The translations under genes and the position numbers were made by a program. Below, one piece after another: positions 55,370-64,000 of a stretch of 64,000 bases of DNA (its first letter is position 1; each line of letters opens with the position of its first letter). The DNA comes from an uncultured Gemmatimonadales bacterium (GTDB lineage: Bacteria; Gemmatimonadota; Gemmatimonadetes; Gemmatimonadales; GWC2-71-9), in the NCBI GenBank assembly GCA_963757525.1, contig CAVWRM010000001.1, forward strand, positions 1,463,125 to 1,527,124, in the 5' to 3' direction. The notes under the pieces are model-generated. The model was given only the letters and a program-made list of their open reading frames with translations, was not told the DNA's origin and made no database searches.

Positions 55370-55954
55370 ATGAAACGAACCCTCACGGTCTCCGCGCTTG
55401 CCTTGATTCTTGGTGGATCGGTCGCGGTTGCCCAGGTGCCGCCCGCATCTCAACAGATCACGGCCGCCCTGCTTGCCGCGCCCAAAGAGCTGCGGCCGGA
55501 CGCGACCGTGCTCGGCTACGCGCCGGATGGAAAGCTGACGACGCTGCGGAAGGGCACCGGCCCGATGATCTGCCTGGCGAGCAAGCCAGGTGGGAAGCAG
55601 TTCCACGTCGCCTGCTATCATCGGTCGCTCGACCCGTTCATGGCGCGGGGCCGAGCCCTCCGCGCCCAGGGGGTGCCGGAGGAACGGGTGGACAGCGTGC
55701 GGTTCGCCGACGTGCGGGCCGGCAGGGTGGCTATGCCGCGCCGAGCCGCGATGCTTTACTCACTCACGGGTCCCGCGGGGAGCTTCGACACCGCCACCGG
55801 CACCGCACCCAAGGCGAAGCCTCTCTTCGTGGTCTACCTCCCCAACGCGACGGTCGCCTCGAGCGGGCTTCCAGCCACCCCGACCGAAGGCATGCCGTGG
55901 ATCATGGACCCCGGCACGCCGAAAGCCCACATCATGCTCGAATCCGGGATGTAA
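55370..55954 (+). CDS. Secreted hypothetical protein (194 aa)
   Basis: Track ORF 55025..55954 trimmed to ATG 55370. Signal peptide MKRTLTVSALALILGGSVAVAQ. No family recognised. Confidence 0.55.
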   Translation: MKRTLTVSALALILGGSVAVAQVPPASQQITAALLAAPKELRPDATVLGYAPDGKLTTLRKGTGPMICLASKPGGKQFHVACYHRSLDPFMARGRALRAQGVPEERVDSVRFADVRAGRVAMPRRAAMLYSLTGPAGSFDTATGTAPKAKPLFVVYLPNATVASSGLPATPTEGMPWIMDPGTPKAHIMLESGM

Positions 55955-56016
55955 AGACAGCGTTCGATTCGGGTGAAGCGGATCGCGCGTTTCCGCCCGG
56001 GGCCCATGATTCCGGT

Positions 56017-57306
56017 CTATCGAGCCGCATGGATGCAGCTCTCCTTACCCGCCACGCTCCGCTGGGCTCCCACCGCCGCCCTCGCCGCCACGCTCGCCGG
56101 CGGCTTCGGCGCAGCCGCCGATGCCGTCGAGACACCTGATGCCACGGCGGTCCAGGTCGGATGGCAGTCCACTGTCGGATTGTTGGTCCGGTTGAATGGC
56201 CCGGCACCGTTCGACTGGGCGATGAAGACCTCGGAGTTGCCGGTCCGGTCGCTCCGGAAGGCGAGGTACGCGCCGTCGGGCGACCACGCCGGATAGCTGT
56301 CGAAGTCCACCGCGTCGGTCACCCGCGTGGCGCTCCCGCCGGCGGCCGGCATCACGTACACCTCGAAGTCGTCGTTCTCGGCGCGGCTGCTGCCGAACGC
56401 GATCAGGCTGCCGTCCGGCGACCAGGCGGGCCGCCCGTCGAACGAGTCCGGCGCGTCGGTCAGGTTCGTCGGGTTGCCGCCGTCCGGATCCATCGCCCAC
56501 ACGTCGATGTCCCCCGCCGGTGAACGGTCGCTCTGGTAGATGATACGCGTCCCGTCGGGCGACCAGTCCGGGTGCTCGTCCACCCCGTCGCGGTTGGTGA
56601 TGTTGGTCTGCTCGCTCCCGTCGGCCTTCATGGTGTAGACCTCCTTGTTCCCATCCCGGTCGGTGGCGAACACGATCATGCTCCCGTCCGGCGACCAGGC
56701 GGGCGCCCGGTCGGCCCCGGCGGCGTTGGAAATGTTGACCTGGCCGCTGCCGTCGGCGTTCATCAGGTAGATCTCATCGTTGCCGTCGCGATCGCTCACG
56801 AAGGCCAGCCTGGTGCCGTCGGGCGACCAGTCGGGCTCGAAGTCGTCCGCCGCCGAATTCTGGCTCAGGTTCACCAGCCCGGTGCCGTCCGCCATCATCG
56901 CGAACACCTCGTAGTCGCCGGTGCGGTCGGTCTCGAAGGCGATACGCCCCGCGAGGGCCGGCGGCGGAGGGCTGCAGGTGACGCCGAACGCGGCCGATGC
57001 CGTCCCCCCGCCGCTCACGCTCACCGTGCGCGAGCTGCCCCCGCCCACGACGCAGTTCTCCGCCACCCCGCCGAGCGCCACGCTGTGACTGCCCGCGCTC
57101 ACGGCGTCTATGGTGAGCGCGTCATTGACGCCGATCGCCTGCGCGGTTCCGCCGTCCACCGCCACGGTGTATCCGTCGGGATCGGGGTCGCTGCCGCCGG
57201 TGGTGGTGGTCACCGCGATCGATCCGGTGGACGGCCCGCTCGAGCCGTCGCCCCCGCACGCGGCCGCCGCGAGGGCGAGCGCAGGGAGCCAGAGGGGGAT
57301 GCGCAT
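56017..57306 (-). CDS. TolB-like beta-propeller lipoprotein
   Basis: Track ORF 56017..58038 trimmed to ATG 57306. Lipobox ALAAAAC. Six or more repeats of the (P/A)(D/A)WSPDG..(I/L)(A/V)F..DRDGN.E(I/V)Y type. Confidence 0.75.
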   Translation of the reverse strand: MRIPLWLPALALAAAACGGDGSSGPSTGSIAVTTTTGGSDPDPDGYTVAVDGGTAQAIGVNDALTIDAVSAGSHSVALGGVAENCVVGGGSSRTVSVSGGGTASAAFGVTCSPPPPALAGRIAFETDRTGDYEVFAMMADGTGLVNLSQNSAADDFEPDWSPDGTRLAFVSDRDGNDEIYLMNADGSGQVNISNAAGADRAPAWSPDGSMIVFATDRDGNKEVYTMKADGSEQTNITNRDGVDEHPDWSPDGTRIIYQSDRSPAGDIDVWAMDPDGGNPTNLTDAPDSFDGRPAWSPDGSLIAFGSSRAENDDFEVYVMPAAGGSATRVTDAVDFDSYPAWSPDGAYLAFRSDRTGNSEVFIAQSNGAGPFNRTNNPTVDCHPTWTAVASGVSTASAAAPKPPASVAARAAVGAQRSVAGKESCIHAAR

Positions 57307-57387
57307 GAAACGGTCTCCGGAATGAGGGTCTTCCGGGACTAACGCAATCCGGGGGCGGAACCGGCCATCGGACTGTATCTTGGCCTC

Positions 57388-57948
57388 ATGACCTCCGTTG
57401 TGGACCTGATCCGGGGGGTCCGGGCCGGAGACCGCAGCGAGTTCGACCGGCTCTTCTCCTCCCTCTATGACGAGCTTCGCCGCGTTGCGCACCGGCACCT
57501 GCGCCACCGGGTCCCGGGGCAGACGCTGGACACCACCGCGCTCATCCACGAGGCCTACCTCAGGATGGTGGATCAGAGCCGGGCGGAGTGGGCCGATCGG
57601 GCCCACTTCTTCGCGTATGCCTCGCAGGTGATGCGGGCGGTGCTGGTGGACGAGGCCCGGCGCCGGGGCGCGGTCAAGCGCGGCGCCGGCACACTCCGCT
57701 TCTCTCTGGAAGACCGCGATCTCCCCGTGGAAGAGCAGAGCGAGTTCGTCCTCGCGCTCGACGAGGCGCTCGACCGGCTCGGCGCGCTGAGCGAGCGCCT
57801 GGCCCGCACCGTGGAGTGCCGCTTCTTCGGCGGGATGAGCGAGGAGGAGATCGCCGCGGCCCTCTCGGTCTCCGGCCGCACGGTGCGCCGCGACTGGCTC
57901 AAGGCCAGGGCCTGGCTCTCCGCCGAGTTGTCGGGCGAGGCGACGTGA
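57388..57948 (+). CDS. ECF-type RNA polymerase sigma factor (STK-associated subgroup)
   Basis: 186 aa with VRAGDRSEFDRLFSSLYDELRRVA, TTALIHEAYLRM and ECRFFGGMSEEEIAAALSVSGRTVRRDW. It is a paralogue of 26570..27241. Confidence 0.85.
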   Translation: MTSVVDLIRGVRAGDRSEFDRLFSSLYDELRRVAHRHLRHRVPGQTLDTTALIHEAYLRMVDQSRAEWADRAHFFAYASQVMRAVLVDEARRRGAVKRGAGTLRFSLEDRDLPVEEQSEFVLALDEALDRLGALSERLARTVECRFFGGMSEEEIAAALSVSGRTVRRDWLKARAWLSAELSGEAT

Positions 57949-60779
57949 CCCCCGAGCAGTGGCGCCGGCTCGACGCCGCGCTGGACGACGTGCTCGAGCG
58001 GGAGCCCGGCGCCCGGGCGGAAGCGGTGGCGGCCGCATGCGCCGATGATCCGGAAGTCCTGTCCGAAGCCCTCCGGCTGGTCGGCGCGCTGGAGCGCTCG
58101 CCGGCGTTCCTCGAACGCCCGCTCGGCGACTACGCGCCCGACCTTCTGGAGGGGCTGTTCGCCCGCGCGCCGGACCCGACGCCTCCGGTCGAGCGCGCCG
58201 GGCCCTACCGTCTGCTGCGGGAGCTGGGCCGGGGCGGGATGGGCGCCGTCTACCTCGCGGAGCGGAGCGACGGGCAGTATCTGAAGCAGGTGGCGGTGAA
58301 GCTGGTGCCGCCGGGCCCCGACACCGCCGCGCTCACCCGCCGCTTCCTCACCGAGCGTCGGATCCTGGCCGGCCTCGACCATCCCAACATCGCACGCCTC
58401 CTCGACGGCGGCGTCACCGAGAGCGGGCTGCCCTACCTCGTGATGGAATACGTGGAAGGCGAGCGGATCGACCGCTGGTGCGAGACGCGCGGCCTCGGCG
58501 TGGCGGAGCGGATCCGTCTCTTCGACGCGGTGGCGGCCGCGGTGCAGTTCGCCCACCAGCACCTCGTGGTGCACCGCGACCTCAAGCCGGGCAACATCCT
58601 GGTCACCGGCGACGGGCAGGTGAAGCTGCTCGACTTCGGCGTCGCCAAGCTGCTGGAGCGCACGCCGGGCGACGCCGATGTCCCGGAGACCCGCACCGGC
58701 ATGCTGCTCGGCACGCCCGCCTACGCCAGTCCGGAGCAGATCCGGGGCGAGCCCGTGACCACGGCGAGCGACGTCTACGCGCTCGGCGTGCTGCTCTACG
58801 AGCTGCTGGCCGGGCGCCGGCTCCATCCCGACACCGCGGGCCCCGAGTCGCTGGCCCGTTCGATCGTGGAGGAGGAGCCGCAGGGGCCCAGCCGGGTCGC
58901 GCCGGTGGCGCAGCGCGGGGCGATCGCCGGCGACCTCGACACCATCGTGCTCGCCGCGCTCCGGAAGGAGCCGGCGCTCCGCTACGCATCGGTCCAGCAC
59001 CTGCGCGACGATCTGCGGCGGCACCTCGATGGCTTCGCCGTGCAGGCACGGCCGCCGAGCCGGCGCTATCTCGCGGCCAAGTTCCTCCGGCGGCATCGCG
59101 GCGGCGTCGCGGCCGCCGCGCTCCTCACGCTGGCGCTCGGCGCCGGGGTCGCCGGCACCGCCTGGCAGGCGCGCGCCGCCGCGCGGCAGGCCGCACGTGC
59201 CGAGCGGGTGCGGGATTTCCTCGAGGGGATCTTCGCGATCTCCGACCCGGACAGCGCCCGGGGCCGGAGCGTCACCGCGCGCGAGCTGCTGGACCGGGGC
59301 GCGGCCTCACTGGCCGGCGGCCTCGAGCGTGAGCCGGGGATGCGGGCGGAGATGCTGGGGATGGTGGGCGGACTCTATCAGCGGCTCGGCCTCTACACCG
59401 AAGCGCGGCCGCTGCTGAGCGAGGCGCTCGCGGTGCAGCGGGCCCGGGGCCCGGCGGCGGCGCTGGACGAGGCGGGCGCCGCCCACGATCTCGCGTCGCT
59501 GCTGCACGATCTCGGCGACTACGAGGAGGGCGAGCGGCTGGCCCGCGCGGCGCTGGCGGTCCGCCGGCGCCGCCTGGGTGCCGACGATCCCGGTGTGACC
59601 GCCAGCATGCAGCTGCTCGCGGACATCCTGCGGGCGAAGGGCGAGTACGCCGAAGCCGACTCGCTGCTCGTGGTGGCGCTGCGCGCGGGACGCGCCCGGG
59701 GCGACAGCGTGGCGGAGGCGGAGATCCTCGATGCGCGGTCCGCCATCCTCTGGCGCGAGGGCCGCCTCGACTCCGCCCGGGCGGCGGCCGAGCAGGCGGT
59801 GGCTCTCCTGCGCGCGACGCGCGGCGATCTCCACACCGAGACCGCGGAGGCGCTCCGCTCGCTCGGCCTGGTGCTGACCGCGCAGGGCGACTACGGCCCC
59901 GCCGAGCGGACGCTGCGCGAGGCTCTCGGCGCTCGCGAGCGGCTCCTCGGGCCCGATCATCCTTCGGTAGCCGCCGCGCTCGCCGATCTCGGCCGCGCGC
60001 TCGAGGAGAGCGGACGTCTCGCGGAGGCCGAGTCGGCGCAAACACGGGCGCTCGCGATCAAGCGCAAGGCCTATGGTCCGGTGCATCCCGAGATCGCGAC
60101 CGGGCTCAACAACATCGCCGTGCTGCGCTACCGGTCGGGACGGCCGGCGGACGCGGTGCCGATGTTCCGGGAGGCGATCGCGATGTGGCGGACGTCGCTG
60201 GGCGAGACCCACCCTACCGTGCTCACCGGCCTCAACAATCTCGGCGCCGCGCTGGGCGAGTCGGGCGACCTGGCGTCGGCGGAGTCGATCCTGCGTGAAG
60301 TCCTCGCGCTCAGGACACGAGTGCTGGGCGAGGACCACGCGGACGTCGCCTCCAGCCACAACAACCTGGCCTTGCTGCTCCGGCGGCGGGGCAAGTTGCA
60401 GGAGGCGGAACGGCACAACCGGCGGGCGCTGGAGATCTGGCGCGCCGCCCTCGGCGAGCGGCACCCCACCACCGCGTTCGCCCTGCTCGGTCTTGGCCGG
60501 GTGCTGCTCGCCGAGGGCAAGGCGGAGGAGGCGCTCGGACCTCTACGGGAAGCGCTCGAGATCAGGCTCGCGGCGATGGAGGACAGTGCCCCCGACGTCG
60601 CGGTCACCCGGCGCGACCTGGGCATCTGCCTGCTGCGACTCGGGCGCTACGAGGAGGCCGAGCCGCTCCTGCGGGCCAGCCTGCCGGTGATACGGTCGCA
60701 CTATGGCGAGGACCACGAGGCGACGCGGATGGCGCGCGACGCGATCGCGCGGCTGGAGCGGGAAAGCCGCGGCTCGTGA
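57945..60779 (+). CDS. Ser/Thr protein kinase with a TM segment and a long TPR (TPR_10/12-like) C-terminus, coupled to the ECF sigma
   Basis: GTG 57945 overlaps the sigma TGA (GTGA). Kinase motifs GRGGMGAVYLA, HRDLKPGNIL, DFG and GTPAYASPEQ. TM helix VAAAALLTLALGAGVAGTAW. Repeated ..LG..HP....L.NLA.. units follow. Confidence 0.85.
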   Translation: MTPEQWRRLDAALDDVLEREPGARAEAVAAACADDPEVLSEALRLVGALERSPAFLERPLGDYAPDLLEGLFARAPDPTPPVERAGPYRLLRELGRGGMGAVYLAERSDGQYLKQVAVKLVPPGPDTAALTRRFLTERRILAGLDHPNIARLLDGGVTESGLPYLVMEYVEGERIDRWCETRGLGVAERIRLFDAVAAAVQFAHQHLVVHRDLKPGNILVTGDGQVKLLDFGVAKLLERTPGDADVPETRTGMLLGTPAYASPEQIRGEPVTTASDVYALGVLLYELLAGRRLHPDTAGPESLARSIVEEEPQGPSRVAPVAQRGAIAGDLDTIVLAALRKEPALRYASVQHLRDDLRRHLDGFAVQARPPSRRYLAAKFLRRHRGGVAAAALLTLALGAGVAGTAWQARAAARQAARAERVRDFLEGIFAISDPDSARGRSVTARELLDRGAASLAGGLEREPGMRAEMLGMVGGLYQRLGLYTEARPLLSEALAVQRARGPAAALDEAGAAHDLASLLHDLGDYEEGERLARAALAVRRRRLGADDPGVTASMQLLADILRAKGEYAEADSLLVVALRAGRARGDSVAEAEILDARSAILWREGRLDSARAAAEQAVALLRATRGDLHTETAEALRSLGLVLTAQGDYGPAERTLREALGARERLLGPDHPSVAAALADLGRALEESGRLAEAESAQTRALAIKRKAYGPVHPEIATGLNNIAVLRYRSGRPADAVPMFREAIAMWRTSLGETHPTVLTGLNNLGAALGESGDLASAESILREVLALRTRVLGEDHADVASSHNNLALLLRRRGKLQEAERHNRRALEIWRAALGERHPTTAFALLGLGRVLLAEGKAEEALGPLREALEIRLAAMEDSAPDVAVTRRDLGICLLRLGRYEEAEPLLRASLPVIRSHYGEDHEATRMARDAIARLERESRGS

Positions 60780-61501
60780 TGCGTCTCCTTTCGTGGAACA
60801 TTCTCGCGGGGGGCGGCTCGCGCTGCGGTCCGATTCTCGATGTCCTGCGGCGCTACGATCCCGATATCATCGCGCTCCAGGAGACGATACCGGGTCGAGC
60901 GGTCGATCTCTGCCACGTGCTCGCCGGCGTCGGCTATGCCTGGCGGTTGAGCGCTCCCCGGGCCGGGCTCGATCGGGGACAGTGCGTGCTGTCCCGCGTG
61001 CCGCTCCTGCGCGTCGGCGGTCCCCGTCCCCCGCAGGCGCGCATCAATCCCCGGGGCTGGCTCGAGGTCGAGGTCGTCGGTCATGGGTTGCGGCTCGCCG
61101 CGGTATACGGGCCACCCGAGGGTCCGGCCATCCCTGCGTTCTGGAACGCCACTGCCGGCTGGCTGCGCCGTCGCCGGGCGAGGCCGTTCGTCATGCTGGG
61201 CGACTTCAACGCGGGCGCGTCCCTGATCGACGCCGAGGACTATCGCTTCAGGTCGGGCGAGGCATTCGCGGCGCTGACCGGAATCGGGCTGGTGGATCTC
61301 TGGCGGCGGCAACACGGCGCGAAGCGGGAGCACACCTGGTTCAGCCGTCTGCGCACTCCCCGCGCGGGGCGAGGATTCCGGATCGATCATGCATTCGCGT
61401 CACCGGCCATTGCCGAGCGGGTGACGGCGTGCCGGTACGATCATGAGGTACGGGAGCGCGGCTGGTCGGACCACTCCTTGCTGGTGCTGGATCTGGGCTG
61501 A
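60779..61501 (+). CDS. Endonuclease/exonuclease/phosphatase (EEP) family protein
   Basis: Motifs LLSWNILAGGG, IIALQE, VMLGDFN, RIDHAF and WSDHSLLVLDL. GTGATG overlaps the kinase stop (60777-60779). Confidence 0.8.
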   Translation: MRLLSWNILAGGGSRCGPILDVLRRYDPDIIALQETIPGRAVDLCHVLAGVGYAWRLSAPRAGLDRGQCVLSRVPLLRVGGPRPPQARINPRGWLEVEVVGHGLRLAAVYGPPEGPAIPAFWNATAGWLRRRRARPFVMLGDFNAGASLIDAEDYRFRSGEAFAALTGIGLVDLWRRQHGAKREHTWFSRLRTPRAGRGFRIDHAFASPAIAERVTACRYDHEVRERGWSDHSLLVLDLG

Positions 61502-61558
61502 AACGGCCGTGCTTTACAATCGAGAGGCAGGTGGCGCTGGCGCATTCATCCGCTGTCC

Positions 61559-61581
61559 TATATGTTCCGCCTGCACATATA
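61559..61581. promoter_or_regulatory. Palindrome TATATG-N11-CATATA (contains ATGT-N9-ACAT), a candidate PadR operator/promoter
   Basis: Read directly, 9 nt upstream of the padR ATG. It is an AT-rich island in GC-rich DNA. Published PadR operators are ATGT-N8-ACAT-like, so the spacer here is one longer. Confidence 0.4.
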
Positions 61582-61589
61582 CCGTTCCC

Positions 61590-61913
61590 ATGACTAATCT
61601 CGACTACCACGTCCTCCTCGCCCTCGCCTCCGGCCCCCTTCACGGCTACGCGGTGAAGCAGCGCGTCGAGGACGAGTCCGGCGGCAGCCTCACGCCGCAG
61701 CCCGGCTCGCTCTATCGCGTCATCGCCCGGCTCATGGCCGCCGGCTTCGTCGCCGAGACGGAGCCCAAGGGCGATGTATCCCCGCACCCGGGACTCTCGC
61801 GCCGCTACTACGGGCTCAGCGCCGCCGGGCGCCGGGCCCTCGCCGCCGAAGCGAACCGGCTCAAGAACGCGGTGGCGCTGGCCGAGAAGCGGCTCCGGAC
61901 CGCCCGGTCGTGA
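61590..61913 (+). CDS. PadR-family transcriptional regulator
   Basis: Track ORF 61443..61913 trimmed to ATG 61590. Hallmarks: DYHVLLALASGPLHGYAV, GSLYRVIARLMAAGFV, RRYYGLS. Confidence 0.85.
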   Translation: MTNLDYHVLLALASGPLHGYAVKQRVEDESGGSLTPQPGSLYRVIARLMAAGFVAETEPKGDVSPHPGLSRRYYGLSAAGRRALAAEANRLKNAVALAEKRLRTARS

Positions 61914-64000
61914 GCCGGCTGCTCGCTTTCCTTACAAGCCTGTTTCCGGCCGCCTTCCGCGAGCGGTTCGGGGCGGAGATCGCCGCCTACGTGCGCGAGG
62001 ACCTGGCCGCCGCCCGCGCCCGCGGGCGACTCGCCGCGCTCGGGTACATCGTCACGGCATCGCTCGACCTCATCGGTACTGCCGTGGCCGAGCACTGGAA
62101 GCCTTCATTGAAATCCAATCCCCGTGAAGCAGGGGGAGGAGGACTCGTGCGCTGGCTCCGCGACGGCTGGATTCAGGACCTTCGCCACGCGGTGCGCGCC
62201 CTCCGGCGCTCGCCCGGCTTCACGCTCGTCGCCGTCGGGACGCTTGGACTCGCCCTCGGTGCCAACGCCGGCATCTTCAGCATCGTGGACGCGGTGCTGC
62301 TCCGGCCGCTGCCGTTCCCGGAGCCCGATCGCCTGGTCTACATCGGCGGCACCGCACCCGGCTCCGATCTCCCCAGGGAGTTCGACCTGTCAGCCGAGTT
62401 CTTCGTCCAGTATCGGGAGCAGTCGAAGACGCTCGAGGGGCTCGCGCCTTACGACGACTTCACCAATACGCTGCGCGTGGGTGACCGTGCGGAGCGGGTG
62501 CGGATGGCCGTCTCCACGGCTTCACTGTTCCCCACCCTCGGGGTGGCACCTGCGCTGGGCCGCGTGCCGACCGCCGAGGACGAAGACCGGGTCGCTCTGC
62601 TCAGCTACGGCCTCTGGCAGAGCTGGTTCGGCGGCGACACCGCCGTCATCGGGCGGTCCTATTACATCGGCGGGCAGCAGCGGACGGTCATCGGCGTGAT
62701 GGGTCCCGACTTCCGTTTCCCCCGCGACGGCGTCACGCTGTGGATCACCGCGGTCATCCGTCCCGAGGACATCACGCCGGGCCGGTTCGGGATGGCGTTC
62801 GTCGGGCGGATGCGTCCCGGCGCCACGCTCACCGGTCTCGAGCGCGAGCTGGGGGCGCTGGCGCAGCGGTTGCCCGACCGGTTCGGCGGGTCGCCCGGCT
62901 ACGCCGAGCTGATCAGGAAGTTCCGTCCCGTGGTGCGTCCCCTGGACGAGCAGCTCGTGGGCCGGGTCGCGGGGCCGATCTGGATCCTGTTCGGATCAGT
63001 GGCGGTCGTGCTGCTCATCGCGTGCGCCAACGTGGGCAACCTCTTCCTGGTCCGCGCCGAGCGGCGGCAGCGCGAGCTGGCCGTTCGCCGCGCCATCGGC
63101 GCCGCGCGCTTCCAGCTCTTCCGCGCCCAGATCATGGAAGCCGCCGTCGTCGCGCTGCTCGCCGGGGCGCTGGCCATGGTCCTCGCCTGGGTCAGCGTTC
63201 CATTGTATCTGCGATTCGTCCCGCCCGACGTGCCCCGCGTGGGCGACATCCACGTGCGCTGGGGCACGCTCCTGTTCACCGGCGTCGCTTCGGCGCTCGC
63301 CGCGCTGCTCTGCGGCGCGTTGCCGGCTCTGCGCGCGTCCGAGCCGAGTCTCGACCGGCTGCGCGACGGCAGCCGTGGGTCCACCACGCGGCGGCACTGG
63401 GCCCGCGACGGCCTCGTCGTGGCGCAGACCGCGCTCGCGCTCGTGCTCCTCACCGGCTCGGCGCTGCTGTTCCGGAGCTTCCAGAAGATGCGGAACGTCG
63501 ACCCGGGCTACGACACGCGCGACATCTTCACCTTCCAGATCGCACCCGAGGGCGACCAGCTCCACGACGCCAAGTCGTACGCCCGGTTCCACCTCGCCTT
63601 CATGGAGCGCCTCGCGCACCTGCCGGGCGTGACCTCGGTGGGGATCGTGGACCACGTGCCACTCAATGAGGGCCTCGATGACGGGCGGTTCCTTCCCGCC
63701 GGGCGGGCGGGGGAGACCGATGGCACCCGGCTCGGGTTCGTCTCCATCGCGGGCGACTACTTCTCGACGATGGGGATCCGCCTGCTCGAGGGGCGCACGC
63801 TCACCGAGGCGGACCAGTTCACCGATCTGGGGCACGTCGTCATCAACAAGGCCGCGGCGAATCTGCTCTGGCCGGGACAGTCGGCGATCGGGCGGCGGCT
63901 CAAGCGGGAGGGCATCGACGCCTGGGAGACCGTCGTCGGCGTCGTGGAAGACGTGATGCAGGACAACTTCCGCGATCCCGCGCCGGCTGCGGTCTACTAC
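61910..64000 (+). CDS. ADOP-family duplicated ABC-type permease (MacB/FtsX-like), 3'-partial and not in the ORF track
   Basis: I translated this frame by hand. GTG 61910 overlaps the padR TGA (GTGA), and the frame stays open for 697 codons to the window end. Sequence includes ..LRHAVRALRRSPGFTLVAVGTLGLALGANAGIFSIVDAVLLRPLPFPEPDRLV..IACANVGNLFLVRAERRQRELAVRRAIGA.. It is homologous to 42488..44926. Track ORFs 62124.., 62740.. and 62996..(-) are alternative frames of this gene. Confidence 0.85.
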   Translation, partial: MSRLLAFLTSLFPAAFRERFGAEIAAYVREDLAAARARGRLAALGYIVTASLDLIGTAVAEHWKPSLKSNPREAGGGGLVRWLRDGWIQDLRHAVRALRRSPGFTLVAVGTLGLALGANAGIFSIVDAVLLRPLPFPEPDRLVYIGGTAPGSDLPREFDLSAEFFVQYREQSKTLEGLAPYDDFTNTLRVGDRAERVRMAVSTASLFPTLGVAPALGRVPTAEDEDRVALLSYGLWQSWFGGDTAVIGRSYYIGGQQRTVIGVMGPDFRFPRDGVTLWITAVIRPEDITPGRFGMAFVGRMRPGATLTGLERELGALAQRLPDRFGGSPGYAELIRKFRPVVRPLDEQLVGRVAGPIWILFGSVAVVLLIACANVGNLFLVRAERRQRELAVRRAIGAARFQLFRAQIMEAAVVALLAGALAMVLAWVSVPLYLRFVPPDVPRVGDIHVRWGTLLFTGVASALAALLCGALPALRASEPSLDRLRDGSRGSTTRRHWARDGLVVAQTALALVLLTGSALLFRSFQKMRNVDPGYDTRDIFTFQIAPEGDQLHDAKSYARFHLAFMERLAHLPGVTSVGIVDHVPLNEGLDDGRFLPAGRAGETDGTRLGFVSIAGDYFSTMGIRLLEGRTLTEADQFTDLGHVVINKAAANLLWPGQSAIGRRLKREGIDAWETVVGVVEDVMQDNFRDPAPAAVYY

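Noticed and set aside
62124-63835. Track ORFs 62124-62699, 62740-63669 and 62996-63835 (minus).
   Set aside because: They are out-of-frame shadows of the open-ended ADOP permease gene 61910-64000, which the track omits.

Overview
This is a high-GC bacterial chromosomal window, roughly two-thirds G+C by eye (not computed), with about 50 genes. The gene families look like those of Gemmatimonadota or Acidobacteriota-type soil bacteria, which is inference only. The main theme is signalling. There are nine Hanks-type Ser/Thr kinase (STK) loci, two of them disrupted. There are three ECF sigma factors: two are translationally coupled to an STK and one to a zf-HC2 anti-sigma. There are two PadR regulators, two ADOP/MacB-like permeases, and one TonB-dependent receptor.

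Housekeeping and metabolic genes include leuS, a GH36 alpha-galactosidase, an amidohydrolase, an AmiC-like binding protein, a flavodoxin-like reductase, hydrolases, and TolB-like beta-propeller proteins. One decayed IS3-family element is present. I did not recognise any tRNA, rRNA or CRISPR array.

The most interesting observations are:
- A secreted peroxiredoxin has its only interruption at an in-frame TGA exactly at the peroxidatic Cys position, followed by a SECIS-like hairpin. This is a candidate selenoprotein.
- A tandemly duplicated 57-codon small ORF has a conserved leader-like region (..EELEERIAP) and a divergent short tail.
- TTTCGCCC octamer arrays sit in front of two paralogous kinases.
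- A 1.1-kb gene-free region carries an iteron-like array of GATGCGAT motifs and a 59-bp direct repeat.
- An ECF sigma/anti-sigma operon sits behind a TonB-dependent receptor and ends in two Tat-exported Rieske proteins.
- Many genes are frameshifted or truncated. This reflects either real decay or consensus errors.

The ORF track omits one real gene, the permease at 61910-64000, because it runs off the window without a stop. Most long ORFs antisense to real genes are GC-driven shadow ORFs.
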